A stretch of DNA of 64,000 bases. Origin: Macrostomum lignano. Lineage: Eukaryota. The DNA is taken from NCBI GenBank assembly GCA_002269645.1, contig NIVC01002462.1, positions 62,001-126,000 on the forward strand, written 5' to 3'. The notes beneath the pieces were generated by a model. It saw only the letters and a program-made list of their open reading frames with translations. It was not told the DNA's origin and ran no database searches. The translations under genes were made by a program, and so were the position numbers. Within the stretch, counting starts at the first letter, position 1; the number at the start of each line of letters is the position of its first letter. Of the stretch, positions 26,455-55,500 are shown piece by piece.

Positions 26455-27556
26455 GCCTCAAGCGTGTTGTGACCCAGCCTCAAGCGTGATATGTGCGACA
26501 TCGTCCTCCCCAGGAGACTTAAGGCAAACAAGGGATGGCGCGAGCAAGCGAGGTATGAAAGTAGATCCATCAGCGAGGCTCCCAGGGAGGAATTCATGAG
26601 GAAAAGGCACCCCCCTTGGAGAAGGCTCAGACTCGACGGGGTCGGGTTGTTTCCCGACCTATCCGGCAATGCCAAGAAGGGTGATGAAGACATCGCAGAA
26701 GACGCGGCTCGAACCATCCAGGAAAGAGGTCAGGTCGAGTTGAAAATCTTCACGGACGGCTCTGTAGACGGAAACGGAAGGAACGGAGGAGCGGCCTGTG
26801 TCGCCTGGTGCGATGAACGTGAGTACTGCAAGTTAGCTGCAGCGGGCGAATTCTGTAGCTCCCTTATCGCGGAAAGAACGGCTTTGCACCTGGCGCTAGA
26901 TCTTGTGGAAGAGCTGAGGCCAAGTAGCGCTCTCATCCTGACTGACAGCAAGTCCGCCGTCTTGGCCACCGGTACCGAGAGGGTCACTGGAAACAGGAGC
27001 CAATTTAACTTGATTGACAGGCTCAGGAGGACGAGTGTATGGTGCAGCATCACCCTCCAGTGGATCCCAGGCCACTGCAGCATCGCTGGAAATGAGAGGG
27101 CCGACGAGCTGGCAAAGCAGGCAGCGCTCTTGCCCCAAGGGCAGACGGCCGTTGAGTTTGAGGCGTTACGCAGACACCTGAAGCACCGGTGGAGGCCCTG
27201 CATAAATGACCCCCGTCTGCGCTCGGTGTACGGTGGTGTGATTGAACGCGCGGAATGTGGCAGGAAAGTTGCTTCCATCTTAGCCCAGCTCAGGTCTGGT
27301 CACTGCAGACTCACTAAGTACTGGAGGCAGAAGATTGGTCTGGAAGCAGAAGGCGTTTGCGAGGACTGCGGTGACATAGAAGATAAAGACCACTGGTGGT
27401 CGTGCGCGCGTTGGGACGGGCTTCGGCAGCACACTGGTCTGCGTGAACTGAAGGATCTGCGCGAGGAGAACATGGTGATAGGGTTCTTGAGGGTGGCCCA
27501 CCCGCAGTGGATCACCTGAGAGCTCCGGTCCGAGGCACACACACACACACACACAC
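26455..27556 (+). mobile_element. 5'-truncated non-LTR retrotransposon (LINE) 3' fragment encoding RNase H and a C-terminal Cys/His motif
   Basis: ORF 26491-27519 carries IFTDGS, SSLIAERTAL, ILTDSKSAV, ITLQWIPGHCSIAGNERADELAK, LAQLRSGH and CEDCGDIEDKDHWWSC. It ends in a short 3' UTR and (CA)n tail, with 13-bp TSD ACAACAGCAACAA at 26442-26454 and 27557-27569. Confidence 0.9.
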
Positions 27557-27569
27557 ACAACAGCAACAA

Positions 27570-27795
27570 AAACAACATCAATGACAATGACAACCACAAG
27601 AACAGCAACGACCACATCATTATCATCAACAACAACAAAAACAAAAAAACATCATCATCATCATCAACCACGACGACAAAAAAAACAAAAAACATCATCA
27701 TCATCATCAACCACGACGACAAAAAAAACAAAAAACATCATCATCATCATCAACCACAACAACAACAAAAACATCATCATCATCATTATCATCAT

Positions 27796-27833
<38 letters not shown>

Positions 27834-28038
27834 TAACAACAACAACAACAACAACAACAAAAACATCATCATCATCATCATCATCATCATTAACAACAAC
27901 AACAACAACAACAAAAACATCATCATCATCATCATCATCATTTCATCATCATCATCATCATCATCATTTCATCATCATCATCAACATTAACAACAACAAC
28001 AACAACAACAAAAACATCATCATCATCATCATCATCAT

Positions 28039-28082
<44 letters not shown>

Positions 28083-28232
28083 TAACAACAACAACAACAA
28101 CAACAAAAACATCAACATCATCATCATCATCATTTCATCATCATCATCATCATCATCATTTCATCATCATCATCATCATCATCATTTCATCATCATCATC
28201 AACATTAACAACAACAACAACAACAACAAAAA

Positions 28233-28274
<42 letters not shown>

Positions 28275-28395
28275 TAACAACAACAACAACAACAACAAAA
28301 ACATCAACATCATCATCATCATCATCATTATCAACAACCACAATGACAAAAAACAAAAACAACAACATTATAATCATCAAAAACAACAACAACAG
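27570..28395. repeat. Compound (CAA)n/(CAT)n low-complexity array
   Basis: Direct inspection. Confidence 0.95.
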
Positions 28396-28783
28396 AATAC
28401 GCCGTCAATGTGCTTAGAAGTAAACTTCAGAACACCAGAAAATGCTTCATGAAAAATTTCTTCAAAAACTTTCTGATTCCCGTCAGAGGAATCGAGTGGA
28501 CAGAAAAAGAGACAGATATCAGGAAAGTTTTAGAGAAAAAAGGCGCCCCCTTGGGGAAAAGCGGCTCCATAAACAGTTTCTCCCATCTCTCTTGCTTCCC
28601 ACCTCCAGTCTCGGCGGTTCCCATCATTTTTAGGTCAACTCGAGCTAGGAACAGCAAATTGAAAATAAAAGAACACCCCGGATATAAACAGGCAGATCTG
28701 CCAGCGCGAACTGGTGCACCCATCTACACCCTGAAGACAGCTCGCACTGGCTGTCCCTGCCCGGAGACTGGAGGAAGCTTGAT

Positions 28784-42668
<13,885 letters not shown>

Positions 42669-42904
42669 ACCATGTCTTCTCTAGGAAAATCTCTGAATTT
42701 CTTCAAAGCAGATCTATCTTGGTGTTTAAAGCCTTTTCAAAAGACGCATTGAAAATTCAATTTTAATGTTGAAGAAAGTCAACGAAGTACATTAAACGCC
42801 GAAAATTATTCTGGGTTTTTATCAGTCATCTCAACGAATTGATTAAACAGTCATTCTTAGAAACGGGCCAAATTCAATCTACGTTCTTTTGTTTTTTAAG
42901 GCAG

Positions 42905-43700
42905 ATTGGTCATGATTTAATCGAATCGTCAGGCTTTAATCGAATCGGTCATTAGCTAATCAAATTGGTCATACTTTAGACAAATCGGTCATGCTCTAAT
43001 AAAATCGGTAATGATATAATCAAATCGGCCATGATCTAATCAAATCGGTCATGATATAATCAAATCGGCCATGATCTAATCAAATCGGTAATGATATAAT
43101 CAAATCGGTAATGATATAATCAAATCGGTAATGATCTAATAAAATCGGTCATGATATAATCAAATCGGTAATGATCTAATCAAATCGGTAATGATCTAAT
43201 CAAATCGGTAATGATCTAATCAAATCGGTAATGATATAATCAAATCGGTCATGATATAATCAAATCGGCAATGATATAATCAAATCGGTAATGATCTAAT
43301 CAAATCGGTAATGATCTAATCAAATCGGTAATGATATAATCAAATCGGTCATGATATAATCAAATCGGCAATGATATAATCAAATCGGTCATGATATAAT
43401 CAAATCGGCAATGATATAATCAAATCGGTCATGATATAATCAAATCGGTAATGATATAATCAAATCGTTCATGATATAATCAAATCGGTAATGATATAAT
43501 CAAATCGGTCATGATCTAATCAAATCGGTAATGATCTAATCAAATCGGTAATGATATAATCAAATCGTTCATGATATAATCAAATCGGTAATGATATAAT
43601 CAAATCGGTCATGATCTAATCAAATCGGTAATGATCTAATCAAATCGGTAATGATCTAATCAAATCGGTCATGATCTAATCAAATCGGTCATGCCCTAGT
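42905..43700. repeat. 20-bp minisatellite (AATCAAATCGGTAATGATAT)n
   Basis: Direct periodicity. Confidence 0.95.
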
Positions 43701-44194
43701 CAAATGACTCAATCGATAGTGCAACTACTCAAAACCTACTAAAATGGAAAATGTTGCATTCAACAAGAAGCCTTTAATGAGCAGACTCAGTAGGACCGAT
43801 GTAAATTTTGGGCATGCTTTTTTCCAAATCCTGTTGAACCTTTGGCTCTTCTGCCAGTGTTGCTGATTGGCCCAGGCCTCTGGTTGGTTCTCCCTATCTT
43901 CCTCTCTGCCTCCTTCTCAAAGTTGCTATAAGACTAACTGAGAACTCTGCGCGAACAAAAGCTCCCAATTTACATCCGTAACATTCTTTAGCAATTCTGC
44001 AACACCGCAAAGCAGATTCTATTGCGTGTTTTTATTCAGCTTAAAGAAAAGTTACTCGCTGAAAGGAAATAAGCAGTTTAGGTAAGCTGACGTGGCTAAT
44101 ATTGATTGATTGGTAATTTAATATTCAATACGACACACACACTGATCCGTTTACTTCTTGAGTTCACTGATGCAATCCTGAATTCACCCGTGAA

Positions 44195-45130
44195 CTCATG
44201 AACTTACTTGTGAATTCATCAAGTCACTCGTGAACTCATCAAGTCACTCGTGAACTCATGAACTTACTTGTGAATTCATAAAGTCACTCGTGAATTCATC
44301 AAGTCACTCGTGAACTCATCAAGTCACTCGTGAACTCGTCAAGTCACTCGTGAACTCATGAACTTGCTTGTGAATTCATCAAGTCTCTCGTAAACTCATC
44401 AAGTCACTCGTGAACTCATCAAGTCACTCGTGAACTCATGAACTTACTTGTGAATTCATAAAGTCACTCGTGAATTCATCAAGTCACTCGTGAACTCATG
44501 AACTTACTTATGAATTCATAAAGTCACTCGTGAACTCATGAACTTACTTATGAATTCATAAAGTCACTCGTGAATTCATAAAGTCACTCGTGAACTCGTG
44601 AACTCATCAAGTCACTCGTGAACTCATGAACTTACTTGTGAATTCATCAAGTCACTCGTGAACTCATCAAGTCATTCGTGAACTCATCAAGTCACTCGTG
44701 AACTCATCAAGTCATTCGTGAACTCATCAAGTCATTCGTGAACTCATCAAGTCATTCGTGAACTCATCAAGTCACTCGTGAATTCATCAAGTCACTCGTG
44801 AACTCATCAAGTCATTCGTGAATTCATCAAGTCATTCGTGAACTCATCAAGTCACTCGTGAACTCATCAAGTCACTCGTGAATTCATCAAGTCACTCGTG
44901 AACTCATCAAGTCACTCGTGAATTCATCAAGTCACTCGTGAACTCATCAAGTCATTCGTGAACTCATCAAGTCACTCGTGAACTCATCAAGTCACTCGTG
45001 AACTCATCAAGTCACTCGTGAACTCATCAAGTCACTCGTGAATTCATCAAGTCACTCGTGAATTCATCAAGTCACTCGTGAATTCATCAAGTCACTCGTG
45101 AATTCATCAAGTCACTCGTGAACTCATGAA
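44195..45130. repeat. 20-bp minisatellite (GTGAACTCATCAAGTCACTC)n
   Basis: Direct periodicity. Confidence 0.95.
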
Positions 45131-46274
45131 CCCATGAAAGCATATTCTCATAAATGAATAAATTAACTTCCGAACCCGCAAGACGACCACTCATTTATAC
45201 CACAATCTAGTCAAATAAAATAAGCAAATACGAGGCCAAAGAGTAAGGCAGGCCAAGCAATGTAAACACGCCGTTTCTCTATAGCAACCCTGCTAAGGCC
45301 AATGCAGTTTAGCAAACAAAAATCACCGAAATCTCAGTGCAAGCTTGTCCAATGCACAGGAAATATTATCACCCACAGAGGCCCAAGCATCTTGTCCGCG
45401 TACACGGCTATGCAAATCCATATTTCCATTCCCAATGCCAACTTCTCCAATAGCAGCAGCACAGCAGCAGGAGATTTTCCGGATTGATTGAATAGCGAGC
45501 AGGGCCGCCTCCCCCGCTGCAGTATAAATAATGAATTGACCCTCTGGTTGCTGCTCTTCTCAGCTCGGAAGCTCGAATCCCCTCCTTTCTCCCTTCTGTC
45601 TGGCGGCCTCATTAACTTGCTCTGTCGCCTCCTGCCGTCTCAGGGGCGAAGGTGAGTCGGCCTTCACCCCATCGATGCCAGGATGCTGAGCTGGCTTGGA
45701 GCAAGCGGGGAATTTTTTTGCCCCAGCGAATCCGGGAATTTCTTTCACTTTTACGATGCCGGAGAAGGACATGACAGTCTTGGATTAGTGGAATCCTGAG
45801 CCCCTAGCAACCCGGAGCCATATGTCTAGCAGTGTAACTGGGTCCCCCCCTCACCAGCTCATCTGTTCCCCTGGCGAAATTCTCCGATTAACGCCGACAA
45901 GCGACTGACTGAGAGGAACTTCAGGAAGCAGCGAATCGTCTTACAAAGCGTCCCACGGGGGGGCGTGCCAGTTGAAATTTTGTTCTCAAGAAGAGGCCTT
46001 GGACTGGCCGCATTATTTCCCGGGGAATCAAAGCAGCGGCAGCTCCGGCCCGAGCCATTTGTCTTGCCTCTCGGACAGGGGGCTTTTGGTCGGACAGAAA
46101 ATTGGCCGAAATTGAGTTTGAGCTACGCGGTGTCCGGTCCGCTTGGCCGAGGAAATTGCGGGACACGAAAACTGAGGAGAATTGAATGAAATTTTCTTTA
46201 CGGTCTGAGAGTGCTGCTGCTGAGTTCAAGCCAGCAACTTTTAGTGCGGATATCTGGCTTGTAATTCAATAGCC

Positions 46275-46982
<708 letters not shown>

Positions 46983-47589
46983 CTGTAAGCTCAGTTTGCC
47001 TGTCAGTTTGAGTTGAGCAGCCAGAAATGATGCAGAAAAGTGCTAAACTAAGCAAGCGCCAAATAGATTGAAGCAGGAGTCGGAGAGAAGGCCTAGGGCG
47101 CACGGAGGCCACCAGCCCTGTCGCTGCTGGAGGTCAAGAGCCTCAATCAGGGGCAACTATTCTCAGGGAGCGCAGCTCAAACAGGCGGGCTGCCCCCCCC
47201 CCCAGCACCAATGCCACCGACTTGCTGTAGTAAACTTTTGCAGGAAATATTGTTGGCAAACTGCTTCAGTTTAATTTACTGCCGAGGTTCTGCATTAAGA
47301 ATACTCAGAAGCAATGCCGAGATGGTAATAAAATAATTCGCAAGTTCAAAGCAACTGGATGCAGGAAGGAACTCATGCCGGAAGCTGAAGCTGAGTGAGA
47401 CATAAGCTGCTCAGCAGGGAGTTCTTTTCTCCCTTTTGGTGCAGCAAAGATTAGAAATGAATTATGAGATTGATTCTAATACAGTCTGCTTGTAGAGCTA
47501 GCTAATCCTTGTAGAGAGGCAAGTTGAGGAGAGGTTCTGTAGACTTTAGATCAGATTCTAGTAAGTTTTAGTGTGATTCTACGAAATAG

Positions 47590-49012
47590 AGGTGAGATTC
47601 TATAGAGTTGAGGTGAGATTCTATAGAGTTGAGGTGAGATTCTATAGAGTTGAGGTGAGATTCTATAGAGTTGAGGTGAGATTCTATAGAGTTTAGGTCA
47701 GATTCTATAGAGATGAGGTGAGATTCTATAGAGGTGAGGTGAGATTCTATAGAGTTGAGGTGAGATTCTATAGAGTTGAGGTGAGATTCTATAGAGTTGA
47801 GGTGAGATTCTATAGAGTTGAAGAGAGATTCTATAGAGTTTAGGTCAGATTCTATAGAGTTGAGGTGAGATTCTATAGAGTTGAGGTGAGATTCTATAGA
47901 GTTTAGGTCAGATTCTATAGAGATGAGGTGAGATTCTATAGAGTTGAGGTGAGATTCTATAGAGTTGAGGTGAGATTCTATAGAGATGAGGTGAGATTCT
48001 ATAAAGGTGAGGTGAGATTCTATAGAGTTGAAGAGAGATTCTATAGAGTTGAGGTGAGATTCTATAGAGTTGAGGTGAGATTCTATAGAGTTGAGGTGAG
48101 ATTCTATAGAGTTGAGGTGAGATTCTATAGAGTTGAGGTGAGATTCTATAGAGTTGAGGTGACATTCTATAGAGTTGAGGTGAAATTCTATAGAGTTGAG
48201 GTGAGATTCTATAGAGTTGAGGTGAGATTCTATAGAGTTGAGGTGAGATTCTATAGAGTTGAGGTGAGATTCTATAGAGTTGAGGTGACATTCTATAGAG
48301 TTGAGGTGACATTCTATAGAGTTGAGGTGACATTCTATAGAGTTGAAGAGAGATTCTATAGAGTTGAGGTGACATTCTATAGAGTTGAGGTGAGATTCTA
48401 TAGAGTTGAGGTGAGATTCTATAGAGTTGAGGTGAGATTCTATAGAGTTGAGGTGAGATTCTATAGAGTTAAGGTGAGATTCTATGGAGTTGAGGTGAGA
48501 TTCTATAGAGTTGAGGTGAGATTCTATAGAGTTGAGGTGAGATTCTATAGAGTTGAGGTGAGATTCTATAGAGTTGAGGTGAGATTCTATAGAGTTGAGG
48601 TGAGATTCTATAGAGTTAAGGTGAGATTCTATAAAGTTGAGGACAGATTCTATAGAGTTGAGGTGAGATTCTATAGAGTTGAGGTGAGATTCTATAGAGT
48701 TGAGGTGAGATTCTATAGAGTTGAGGTGAGATTTTATAGAGTTAAAGTGAGATTCTATAGAGTTGAGGTGGGATTCTATAGAGTTGAGGTGAGATTCTAT
48801 AGAGTTGAGGTGAGATTCTATAGAGTTGAGGTGAGATTCTATAGAGTTGAGGTGAGATTCTATAGAGGTGAGGTGAGATTCTATAGAGTTGAGGTGAGAT
48901 TCTATAGTGTTGAGGACAGATTCTATAGAGTTGAGGTGAGATTCTATAGAGTTGAGGTGAGATTCTATAGAGTTGAGGTGAGATTCTATGGAGTTGAGGT
49001 GAGATTCTATGG
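47590..49012. repeat. 21-bp minisatellite (GAGTTGAGGTGAGATTCTATA)n
   Basis: Direct periodicity. Confidence 0.97.
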
Positions 49013-49729
49013 AGGAAGATAAGATGATGATTCCAAGGGACAAGTGGTAAGGATTCTTGCATTAAAAGTTAAAAGTTCATGCCCAAAAAGCCGCCTCAAA
49101 ATTTTAGGCAGTATTTGCTTCACGACTTTCAGGCCTGAGCACAATAAAAAAGTCTGGGATATTCAGAACTGACGCCTCTGTCTGCTCTAAGCTGTCACAG
49201 ACTTAGATTGGGCGATGAGATGAGGCGCCAGAGCTGGAGTTAAATATAGACTGTCGAACAGGGGCTGACGTAGCCGCGCGTACAGGAGATTATTGCTTTT
49301 TGAAGCGATGGCAGAACCTGCCTGACTAAAAGCTGCCAAATTATAATCGCGTCCGTATAGAGAGGCACCTGTCTGCCTGCCCGTCTCCTGAAAGCAGCTG
49401 GCAGATTATGAAAGTTGAAGTCTTTGAAAAAAATTCTAATTAATTTTCGATTTTTAAAACATTATGGAGAAGAAAGAAATCAAATTTTGCTTCATTTTTT
49501 CTCTTTTGCCTGCTCCATCACTCTTTCTCAAAATTTGACAAACCAAATTTATAACTAAAGTAAGGAGTAACTAGTTTAAATTATGACAGGCTATAAATTA
49601 TGGCTTTTCGATGAATCCACAGGTGGCAATTATTTATTAGAAATAGAAAGGCGACGTATAGGGTAAACAGTTTGGATAAAGTAGGCAAGGCTTGTTCAGA
49701 TTTTGGGTTGGAGTAGCCGGAGCTCATGG

Positions 49730-50360
49730 AGAAAATGAGATTGGATCGAGACAAATCTAATGGAGAGGATGAGATTGGATCGAGACGAATATAATGGAGA
49801 GGATGAGATTAGATCGAGACAAATCTAATGGAGAGGATGAGATTAGATCGAGACGAATATAATGGAGAGGATGAGATTAGATCGAGACGAATATAATGGA
49901 GAGGATGAGATTAGATCGAGACGGATATAATGGAGAGGATGAGATTAGATTGAGACGAATCACATGGAGTAAGGATGAGATTAGATCGAGAAGAATATAA
50001 TGGAGAGGATGAGATTAGATCGAGACGAATATAATGGAGAGGATGAGATTAGATCGAGACGAATATAATGGAGAGGATAAGATTAGATCGAGACGAATAT
50101 AATGGAGAGGATGAGATTAGATCGAGACGAATATAATGGAGAGGATGAGATTAGATCGAGACGAATCTCATGGAGAGAATGAGATTAGATCGAGACGGAT
50201 ATAATGGAGAGGATGAGATTAGAATGAGACTAATCACATGGAGTAAGGATGAGATTAGATCAAGACTAATCTCATGGAGAGTATGAGATTAGACTGAGAC
50301 GAATCACATGGAGTAAGGATGAGATTAGATCGAGACGAATCTCATGGAGAGGATGAGACA
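49730..50360. repeat. 34-bp minisatellite (GAGAGGATGAGATTAGATCGAGACGAATATAATG)n
   Basis: Direct periodicity. Confidence 0.93.
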
Positions 50361-50709
50361 CATGAAAATAAGTATTGACGAGATGAACCAGAATAAGGTG
50401 ACTGGTCCTGATTTGAAGACCCATGGATTTGAGAGTTCTTGAGCCAAAATTTTATCGAAGAGGCGTTTGAAAAGGAAAGATGCAGCACAAATATAGAAAA
50501 CAGAAAGAGTGCAATTTTCAAACGAGCACTTGCCACCGACGGTGTAAACCCTCATTTTTATGTGCAGTCACGCAGGGAAGAATTCAAGGTCGATCAGAGC
50601 GTTGCAACCCTCAGTTGATTAAGTTAGCGATGCAACAAAAATTATAAGTCAACCTACATGACTGAGTGCTTGCTTCAGATTAGCGTGCTGTGTTCACAGA
50701 AAGAATTAC

Positions 50710-51218
<509 letters not shown>

Positions 51219-51689
51219 GGATCTGATACGTACTATTGTCTTAAAGTCCTATTAAAGTCCTTCAGTTTAGTCACACGGACAAGAGACCATGAAATTCCAA
51301 TTAATAAATCCAAAATGACAGCTTAAGGCCGCAGGGTCCCGGACTGTCCCTAAGTCTTCACCATTGAAGCTATTGTTTGTATCTATCAATTGCATCTATG
51401 ATTCACGCAAATTTAAAAAACGAAACGAATTTGAACACGAGTGCGGAAAATGGTCTCACTCGATTCAAGACGTTCTAAAGCTCCCCTTCGCTCAGCGCAC
51501 CTTGCACGCGTTAGATTATCTTGGATTAAATAGGCACTTTAATTCGCAGTCTCGAGAGCAGACGGATTAAAATTGAGCAGCTCGTTTCTATTGGGAGCAA
51601 ATATTGGCGTGAGCTGCTTCGCTGAGGGGCTGAACTGGCTCAGGAACGAGCATGAATGTGTCTGTCTGGCAATCTTATCCATTCACATG

Positions 51690-52557
51690 TCACCCACTCA
51701 CTCACTCGAGCAGTCACTCACTCACTCACTCGAGCAGTCACCCACTCACTCACTCGAGCAGTCACTCACTCACTCACTCGAGCAGTCACTCACTCACTCA
51801 CTCGAGCAGTCACCCACCCATTCACTCGAGCAGTCACTCACTCACTCACTCGAGCAGTCACTCACGCACTCACTCGAGCAGTCACCCACCCACTCACTCG
51901 AGCAGTCACCCACCCACTCACTCGAGCAGTCACCCACCCACTCACTCGAGCAGTCACCCACCCACTCACTCGAGCAGTCACCCACCCACTCACTCGAGCA
52001 GTCACCCACCCACTCACTCGAGCAGTCACTCACTCACTCACTCGAGCAGTCACTCACTCACTCACTCGAGCAGTCACCCACCCATTCACTCGAGCAGTCA
52101 CTCACTCACTCACTCGAGCAGTCACCCACTCACTCACTCGAGCAGTCACTCACTCACTCACTCGAGCAGTCACTCACTCACTCACTCGAGCAGTCACCCA
52201 CCCATTCACTCGAGCAGTCACTCACTCACTCACTCGAGCAGTCACTCACGCACTCACTCGAGCAGTCACCCACCCACTCACTCGAGCAGTCACCCACCCA
52301 CTCACTCGAGCAGTCACCCACCCACTCACTCGAGCAGTCACCCACCCACTCACTCGAGCAGTCACCCACCCACTCACTCGAGCAGTCACCCACCACTCAC
52401 TCGAGCAGTCACCCACCCACTCACTCGAGCAGTCACCCACCACTCACTCGAGCAGTCACCCACCCATTCACTAGAGCAGTCACTCACCCACTCACTCGAG
52501 CAGTCACCCACCCACTCATTCGAGCAGTCACCCACCCACTCATTCGAGCAGTCACCC
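51690..52557. repeat. 24-bp minisatellite (CACTCACTCGAGCAGTCACCCACC-like) directly upstream of the GPCR ATG
   Basis: Direct periodicity; the last unit ends a few nt before the ATG at 52562. Confidence 0.95.
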
Positions 52558-52561
52558 AGCC

Positions 52562-55500
52562 ATGGACCCGGAACAGTTGGCCAACCTGACACAGTGCGAC
52601 TCCTTGGAGCGCCCTGTTCTGTTCACTACGGTGGTGCCGATTCTATTCAGCATTGTAGTGCTGCTCGGTCTCCTTGGCAACGCCCTAGTGATAGCGGTGG
52701 TGGCGGCTAACAGCAACATGCGCAGCACTACCAACATCCTCATCACCTCGCTAGCAGTGGCCGACCTGCTGTTCATCACCCTCTGTGTGCCATTCACCGC
52801 CCTGTTCTACGTGTTCAGCTGGGTGTTCGGCCACGCTGCCTGCGTCCTATTCCAGTACTTCACGTACGTGCCCGTGTACTGCAGCGTGTACACCCTGGTG
52901 CTGATGAGCGCCGACCGGTACCTGGCCGTGGTGCACCCCATCCGCAGCATGGCCTGGCGCACGGAGCGGAACACCTTGGCAGCCGTGGCCATCACCTGGC
53001 TGGGAGTGGCTCTGGCCCACCTGCCTCTGGCCATGGAGGCCGCGGTTGTGCCGGTCCAGCGGTGTCGCTACGGCAACTGCAGTGTCGACGACTGCGGCTT
53101 CCGCGAGATGAGCGTCTGCATCGGCCGTCGGTTCTTCACGGACCCGGCTAGCGGGGAGTTCGGGCCGCTGGGCCGGGTGTTCTACACAACGTTCAACATA
53201 TTCGGGTACGCGCTGCCGTTCGCCGTGATCATCACGCTGTACGTGCTGCTGGTCAAGCGCCTCATGTTCGGCCGCTCGTCCGCCGTCGCCCAGTCTAGCG
53301 AAGCCGCCCGGTCAAAGCGTCGGGTAACGCGCACCGTTGTCACGGTGGTGGCCATTTTTGGCACCTGCTGGCTGCCGATTCACGCCATCTTTGCGCTGCA
53401 GAACTGGCACCGGGATCTGCACTACTCGTGGTTTCGCTACCTTCAGGTGGCTTCGCAGGTGAGAGAATTCTGGCTATTCTGTTCACACAGTCACTCCACT
53501 GTCTTTCACTCACTGTGAGTGATGATTCAGTTCACACTGTCACTACATCGTCTTTCACTCACTGTGAGTGATGATTCAGTTCACACTGTCACTCCACTGT
53601 CTTTCACTCACTGTGAGTGATGATTCAGTTCACACTGTCACTACATCGTCTTTCACTCACTGTGAGTGATGATTCTGTTCACACTGTCACTCCACTGTCT
53701 TTCACTCACTGTGAGTGATGATTCTGTTCACACTGTCACTCCACTGTCTTCACTCACTGTGAGTGATGATTCTGTTCACACAGTCACTCCATCGTCTTTC
53801 ACTCACTGTGAATGATGATTCTGTTCACACTGTCACTCCATTGTCTTCACTCACTGTGAGTGATGATTCTGTTCACACAGTCACTCCATCGTCTTTCACT
53901 CACTGTGAGTGATGATTCAGTTCACACTGTCACTCCATTGCCTTCACTCACTGTGAATGATGATTCTGTTCACACTGTCACTCCATCGTCTTTCACTCAC
54001 TGTGAGTGATGATTCAGTTCACACAGTCACTCCACCGTCTTTCACTCACTGTGAGTGATGATTCAGTTCACACTGTCACTCCATCGTCTTTCACTCACTG
54101 TGAGTGATGATTCTGTTCACACTGTCACTCCACTGTCTTTCACTCACTGTGAGTGATGATTCTGTTCACACTGTCACTCCATCGTCTTTCACTCACTGTG
54201 AGTGATTATTCAGTTCACACTGTCACTCCATCGTCTTTCACTCACTGTGAGTGATGATTCAGTTCACACAGTCACTCCATTGTCTTCACTCACTATCCGA
54301 GATGATTGTGTCACATGAATCGATGAGAGCGTTGGCAAGCTGTAGAAGAAATGCTACAGGAAGGAGTATCTGCATAATTTATAAATGCCTGCGCGCATGC
54401 CGGAGCCAGATTTCTAAGGAAAGAAGCTGGCTATTGTTCTCAAACTGTAGCTACTTCAGTTCCTGGAAATTGTGAGCTAGTCAGTTCTCTTCATCGCTTG
54501 AGCTGCGCGGATGCAGAAGAAACTATCTTCTTTTACTTCCTTGAGCTGTTCTAGGCAAAGTCTATCTAGCCAAGGCTCCTTGACGGCATGCTTTGCTTTG
54601 AACAATTTCGCCTAAGTATTTCTGAGTTTGCTAAAGCAATGGAGGCCAACAGGGTCTGTCAGCTAATCTAGTTTTCACATCGCCGGGTGACAATTAATTT
54701 AGACCATAGCGGCACAGTGCTGTATAAATATGCGTTGCCAAGAGAGATTATTCGACAGGGAGGCTGCGACACAGAGATCGATGCCGAATGTTTGTGTGAA
54801 TTGATTTTCAGAAATATTGGCCTTGGGTCTTGGCAGGGGCGCAGGGTCTTGGCAGATGTGAAGTGTCGGAGATGTAAAGTGTCGGAGATGTGAAGTGTCG
54901 GAGATGTGAAGTGTCGGAGATGTAAAGTGTCGGAGATGTGAAGTGTCGGAGATGTGAAGTGTCGGATATGTGAAGTGTCGGAGATGTGAAGTGTCGGAGA
55001 TGTGAAGTGTCGGATATGTGAAGTGTCGGAGATGTGAAGTGTCAGAGTTGTGAAGTGTCGGAGATGTGAAGTGTCGGAGATGTGAAGTTTCGGAGATGTG
55101 AAGTGTCGGAGATGTAAAGTGTCGGAGATGTGAAGTGTCGGAGTTGTAAAGTGTCGGAGTTGTGAAGTGTCAGAGTTGTGAAGTGTCGGAGATGTGAAGT
55201 GTCGGAGATGTGAAGTTTCGGAGATGTGAAGTGTCGGAGATGTAAAGTGTCGGAGATGTGAAGTGTCGGAGTTGTAAAGTGTCGGAGTTGTGAAGTGTCG
55301 GAGAGATGAAGTGTCGGAGATGTGAAGTGTCGGAGATGCGAAAGGTCGGAGAGACAAAGTGTCGGAGATGTGAAGTGTCGGAGATGTGAAGTGTCGGAGA
55401 TGTGAAGTGTCGGAGTTGTGAAGTGTCGGAGAGATGAAGTGTCGGAGAGACAAAGTGTCGGAGAGACAAAGTGTCGGAGAGACAAAGTGTCGGAGAGACA

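Noticed and set aside
46168-46200. CTGAGGA...GAAA motif
   Set aside because: The intervening sequence cannot form stem II, and there is no stem I or III.
45300-46250. GC-richer unique segment with a TATA-like motif, possibly an LTR
   Set aside because: No second LTR, primer-binding site, polypurine tract or coding domain was identifiable.
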